A DNA stretch of 64,000 nucleotides from contig CAVOIX010000072.1 of assembly GCA_963695945.1 (NCBI GenBank), positions 12,374 to 76,373 of the forward strand. The letters run 5' to 3'. Source of the DNA: an uncultured Acidobacteriota bacterium (GTDB taxonomy: Bacteria > Acidobacteriota > Terriglobia > Acidiferrales > UBA7541). Each line of letters starts with the position of its first letter. The stretch's first letter is position 1. Both the position numbers and the translations under genes were made by a program. The notes beneath the pieces are model-generated. The model was not told the origin of the DNA, made no database searches, and worked only from the letters and a program-made list of their open reading frames with translations. This document shows, in pieces, positions 60,563 through 64,000 of this stretch.

Positions 60563-61318
60563 TTACGGAAGCGCGGAATTGATTTCATCGAGAATTGCTC
60601 GTGCGGCCGATTCGGGATCCGGAGCGCCCGTAATAGGTCTACCGATCACCAGGTAGTCAGCACCAGCACGAATCGCCTCCGCCGGAGTAGAGACGCGAGC
60701 CTGGTCGTCCGTCCTGTGCTTGCGCCGGCCAGAGGGGCCGCCACCAACCACCGGCCGAATGCCGGGAACCACGATCAGGAAGTCTTTCCCGCAGGCGCGT
60801 CGGATCGCTTTCACCTCCTGGGGAGATGCCACGACCCCGTCCATGCCCGCTTTTCGGGCCAATCGGGCCAGTTGAACCACACGCCTGGAAGCGGGTCCCG
60901 AAACCCCAACCGCGCGCATTGCGGCGTTGTCCATGCTAGTCAGGATCGTGATTGCCAGTATCTTCGGTACTGGCAATTTTGCCCGCTTGGCCTCATCCCG
61001 GGCGTTCGCAGCCGCTTTCATCATCTCGGGCCCACCCAGGGCATGAAGGTCGAGCAGTTGCACTCCTGGCAGGGCAATGGCGCTGTTTACCGCACCCTTG
61101 ACGGTGTTGGGGATGTCATGGAATTTCAGGTCCAGGAATATCCCGGAGCCGAGCTGGCTGATCTTTTCCACCGCCGCCGGACCTGCTGCGGTAAATAAGT
61201 GTATGTTTATCTTGAAAATACCGACCACGGCGGCTAGGGAATGTGCGGCTTCTAACGCAGGTTCAAGGGATGGAAAATCAAGGGCAAGGATTAATTTCTG
61301 GCGTGCGCGTTCATTCAC
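60563..61318 (-). CDS. pyrF: orotidine 5'-phosphate decarboxylase
   Basis: 251 aa with KLILALDFP...[13 protein letters not shown]...[15 protein letters not shown]...DLHALGG...VVPGIRP...DQARVSTP...[11 protein letters not shown]. Confidence 0.9.
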   Translation of the reverse strand: MNERARQKLILALDFPSLEPALEAAHSLAAVVGIFKINIHLFTAAGPAAVEKISQLGSGIFLDLKFHDIPNTVKGAVNSAIALPGVQLLDLHALGGPEMMKAAANARDEAKRAKLPVPKILAITILTSMDNAAMRAVGVSGPASRRVVQLARLARKAGMDGVVASPQEVKAIRRACGKDFLIVVPGIRPVVGGGPSGRRKHRTDDQARVSTPAEAIRAGADYLVIGRPITGAPDPESAARAILDEINSALP

Positions 61319-61740
61319 TGACGTTTTGGCACCTCCAATAATTCAACTCGCATCCGCGAAGTTCCACTTTCCAATAGACCCAACCGGCAGGCGACCAGGT
61401 ACGAGACGTCCAGTTCGCGGTCATCGATAAAAGGGCCGCGGTCATTGATGCGAATTAACTGAGAAACATGAGTTTTGGGGTTGGAAATCCGCACTAGAGA
61501 ACCGAATGGAAGATTCGGGCTCGCTCCCGTTGCCGCATACATATCATACTTCTCGCCGCTGGCAGTCTTGCGGCCCTGGAATTTGCCCCCGTACCAGCTG
61601 GTTTTCGCCGTGAATGTCCGGATGGGCTTGAGAGGTTCGCTGACGTGAGCTACAAGGGGGGCTTCCAGAGCTTGGGTTACCAGGAACATGAGCGGCAACC
61701 AACGAAGAGCGGCCCAAACCATGAAAAGTCGCCTACGCAT
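61315..61740 (-). CDS. rlpA: RlpA-like double-psi beta-barrel (septal ring lytic transglycosylase family) protein
   Basis: 141 aa with [40 protein letters not shown]...IRINDRGPF. Overlaps the pyrF start by 4 nt. Confidence 0.8.
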   Translation of the reverse strand: MRRRLFMVWAALRWLPLMFLVTQALEAPLVAHVSEPLKPIRTFTAKTSWYGGKFQGRKTASGEKYDMYAATGASPNLPFGSLVRISNPKTHVSQLIRINDRGPFIDDRELDVSYLVACRLGLLESGTSRMRVELLEVPKRQ

Positions 61741-61794
61741 TGTCTCCCCCTGTCATAGGCACGGTCTAAATGCTAACATCCCAAGCCAGCCAAT

Positions 61795-62751
61795 TCAAGG
61801 ACAATCGACTCGAAAGGACCCAACTAACTCGCTGATATTGTTGATGTTATATCTCCTACAGCATCTTTCCAGCTGATCTAAGATGTTTATGCAGGCCGCC
61901 GGCTGCGCAAAGTTTGCCGTCCCAACCTCCACTGCCGAGGCTCCGGCAATGACATACTCCAGGACGTCTTCGCCGCTCTCGATCCCCCCGAGGCCCACGA
62001 TCGGAATCTTGACCGCGCGCCGGGCTTCATAAACGAGCCGAAGCGTTATGGGCTTGATGGCCGGACCGGAGAGGCCTCCGGTGTGTCGTCCGAGCTTCGA
62101 TCGCCGGGTCTCAACATCAATGCTCATTGCCTGGTAGGTATTTGCCACCGTAAGGGCGTCCGCTCCACCCGCTTCAGCCGCCCGGGCGGTAACCCCTATG
62201 TCGGTGACGTTTGGTGAAAGCTTGACCCACAGAGGGCGGCGTGAGGCTTCGCGGGCGGCGGACACGACTTCCAGGACCGTCTGGGGATCGCTCCCGAACT
62301 GGATACCGCCGTGAGCTGTGTTCGGACAGGAGATGTTGAGTTCGTACCCTGCCAGGCCGTCAGCTTCCTCCAGGACGCGAATCACGCCGACGTAATCCGC
62401 GACCGTGTAGCCGAACACATTGGCGATCACCGCGGTTTTGTAGTGGCGGAGCGCGGGCAGCTTTTCGGCGACGAACGCGCGAGCGCCGACGTTTTGCAGG
62501 CCGACGGCATTGAGCATGCCGGACGGCGTTTCGCAGAGTCTGGGCGCCGGGGCTCCCGCAATGGGTTCGAGCGAAAGACCCTTGGTGACGAAGCCGCCGA
62601 GGCGATTGAGATCGACGAGGTGGGCAAACTCCACGCCATAACCGAATGTTCCGCTGGCCGCCAGTACGGGATTGGAAAGGCGCAACCCGCCTACGCTTAC
62701 GGAGAGGTCGCCTGCGGTGGTCACGCTCACGGGCGGGATTCTAGCACGCAA
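61795..62751 (-). CDS. pyrD: dihydroorotate dehydrogenase (class 1B-type catalytic subunit)
   Basis: 318 aa with LSNPVLAASGTFGYG...GFVTKGLSLEP...GMLNAVGLQNVG...ELNISCPN...VKLSPN...GGLSGPAIKPI...VGLGGI. The track start is a TTG at 62751, and GTG at 62730 is an equally plausible start. Confidence 0.9.
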   Translation of the reverse strand: MRARIPPVSVTTAGDLSVSVGGLRLSNPVLAASGTFGYGVEFAHLVDLNRLGGFVTKGLSLEPIAGAPAPRLCETPSGMLNAVGLQNVGARAFVAEKLPALRHYKTAVIANVFGYTVADYVGVIRVLEEADGLAGYELNISCPNTAHGGIQFGSDPQTVLEVVSAAREASRRPLWVKLSPNVTDIGVTARAAEAGGADALTVANTYQAMSIDVETRRSKLGRHTGGLSGPAIKPITLRLVYEARRAVKIPIVGLGGIESGEDVLEYVIAGASAVEVGTANFAQPAACINILDQLERCCRRYNINNISELVGSFRVDCP

Positions 62752-62762
62752 ATTTGCGTGCT
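62743..62762. promoter_or_regulatory. 20-bp perfect palindrome in the divergent pyrD/pyrR control region (candidate operator)
   Basis: AGCACGCAAA|TTTGCGTGCT, 10-bp arms with no spacer. It lies at or just upstream of the pyrD start and 96 nt upstream of pyrR. Confidence 0.4.
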
Positions 62763-62857
62763 GGCGTGGAACGCTTGTGGAAAAACGACTGAAATCCGGC
62801 AGGGTGACGTAACGCGTGTTTCGAGAGCGGCAGGCGCTGTGCTAGGATGTTCGCCCA

Positions 62858-63406
62858 ATGCGCATGGTTGAAAAAACGCAATTGATGACCGCGACGGAAA
62901 TCGATCGCACCGTGCAGCGCCTGGCCCATGAAATTGTGGAGAAGAGCGGCGGAACCGCGAATCTGGCATTGATCGGAATCCGCCGGCGCGGCGTCCCGCT
63001 GGCCAAGCGAATCGCGCAAGCCATGCGCGGGATCGACGGCGTGGACGTTCCGGTGGGGACGCTGGATATCACATTGTATCGCGATGATCTTTCCAAGGTG
63101 GCGGCGCAGCCGGTTCTGCAGTCGAGCGACATTCCGTTTCCTGTGGACGATAAGGACCTGGTTGTCGTGGACGACGTGTTGTACACGGGGCGCACCATTC
63201 GCGCGGCGATGAACGGGCTGTTTGATCTGGGGCGCCCGAAGCGGGTGCGCCTTTGCGTGCTGATCGACCGCGGGCATCGCGAACTGCCCGTGGAAGCTTC
63301 CTTTGTTGGGCGCAACGTACAGACCAGCGATCTGGAAATCGTCGAAGTTCGATTGAATGAGATTGATCAGGAAGAGCGCGTCATGCTTGTCGAGCGCGTT
63401 CCCTGA
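62858..63406 (+). CDS. pyrR: bifunctional pyr operon regulator / uracil phosphoribosyltransferase PyrR
   Basis: 182 aa with IDRTVQRLAHEIVEK...LIGIRRRGVPLAKRIA...LDITLYRDDL...LVVVDDVLYTGRTIRAAM...LCVLIDRGHRELP. Confidence 0.9.
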   Translation: MRMVEKTQLMTATEIDRTVQRLAHEIVEKSGGTANLALIGIRRRGVPLAKRIAQAMRGIDGVDVPVGTLDITLYRDDLSKVAAQPVLQSSDIPFPVDDKDLVVVDDVLYTGRTIRAAMNGLFDLGRPKRVRLCVLIDRGHRELPVEASFVGRNVQTSDLEIVEVRLNEIDQEERVMLVERVP

Positions 63407-63474
63407 CGCCGGCCGCTTCTGCAACTGGCCTGGCCAGGATTCCGAGGATTGCTGTGCCATTTCGCTTCGGCCAC

Positions 63475-64000
63475 ATGCTAGGGATAGAACCGCTCAGCGC
63501 CGAAGAAATTTCATTTCTGCTGGACCAGTCCAAACCTTTCCAGGAAATTCAACGCCATCCGCTTAAAAAACTGGCGACCTTGCGCGGAAAAACCGTGGCG
63601 CTGGCGTTTTTCGAGCCCTCGACGCGCACGCGCATCAGTTTTGCCACGGCGGCCGCGCGCCTCGGCGCGGACCAGATGAACCTGCAGGCGGAATCGTCCA
63701 GCCTGAAAAAAGGGGAGTCACTGCTGGATACGGTGCGCACGCTGGATGCGATGAAGCCGGATTGTATCGTGATGCGACATAGTTCTTCTGGCGCGCCGGA
63801 TTTCGTGTCACGCAATCTGGAGTTGCCGGTGATTAACGCGGGCGACGGCACGCACGAGCATCCTACGCAAGCGCTGCTTGACGCGCTGACCATTCGCGAC
63901 CGCCGCGGCACGCTTGAGGGCCTGAACGTCACGATTCTGGGCGACATTCTGCACAGCCGCGTGGCGCGCTCGAATATTCACTTGCTCTCGAAATTCGGCT
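63475..64000 (+). CDS. pyrB: aspartate carbamoyltransferase catalytic subunit (3' end beyond window)
   Basis: Own translation: (VPFRFGH)MLGIEPLSAEEISFLLDQSKPF...LRGKTVALAFFEPSTRTRISFATAAARLGA...VMRHSSSGAP...VINAGDGTHEHPTQALLD...LNVTILGDILHSRVARSN. It contains the STRTR and HPTQ motifs. Not in the ORF track because no stop lies in the window. An alternative GTG start is at 63454. Confidence 0.9.
   Translation, partial: MLGIEPLSAEEISFLLDQSKPFQEIQRHPLKKLATLRGKTVALAFFEPSTRTRISFATAAARLGADQMNLQAESSSLKKGESLLDTVRTLDAMKPDCIVMRHSSSGAPDFVSRNLELPVINAGDGTHEHPTQALLDALTIRDRRGTLEGLNVTILGDILHSRVARSNIHLLSKFG

Noticed and set aside
63407-63474. PyrR-binding anti-antiterminator / attenuator between pyrR and pyrB
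   Set aside because: No (A/G)UCCAGAGAGG-type loop, and no terminator hairpin with a T-tract, is visible in the 68-nt spacer.

Overview
High-GC (about 60%) bacterial chromosomal segment. Gene content (GWxTD protein, CarboxypepD_reg-type outer-membrane barrels, type II glutamine synthetase) and three families of short GC-rich hairpin repeats suggest Acidobacteriota, but that is inference only. The window is mostly housekeeping. It holds the conserved rimP-nusA-infB-DUF503-rbfA-truB block, a MacAB-like efflux pair and a GWxTD / outer-membrane barrel / PDZ-histidine kinase / sigma-54 regulator cluster. It also holds pta, acyP, apt, rlmB, ispDF, glnII, eutBC, one tRNA-Leu(CAG) and a bamA / surA-like / tamB envelope operon. 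The right-hand part carries a ThiF/MoeB-type enzyme, pepF, an ArnT-like GT-C glycosyltransferase, yebC-ruvC, a Memo-like gene, a methylmalonyl-CoA mutase large subunit, maf, tatA and a divergent pyrF-rlpA-pyrD / pyrR-pyrB locus. I found no rRNA, CRISPR array, transposase, integrase, phage gene or recognisable defence system. The most striking property is technical or biological damage. At least about 35-40 reading-frame breaks hit conserved and partly essential genes (nusA, infB, ispD/F, glnII, eutB, the kinase/regulator pair). Several sit at short homopolymers, and all lie between 4.3 and 36.8 kb, so I read them as indel errors rather than pseudogenes. Other points worth a second look: a promoter plus terminator leader before rimP-nusA; a 68-69 bp double-hairpin tandem array; a dispersed REP-like hairpin family (about 18 copies, often in inverted pairs); a 20-bp perfect palindrome between pyrD and pyrR; a histone-H1-like / acidic bipartite protein; and an orphan Memo-like gene in an operon with two small unknown proteins. 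Coordinates of frame-broken genes span all fragments, and their start and stop choices are approximate.
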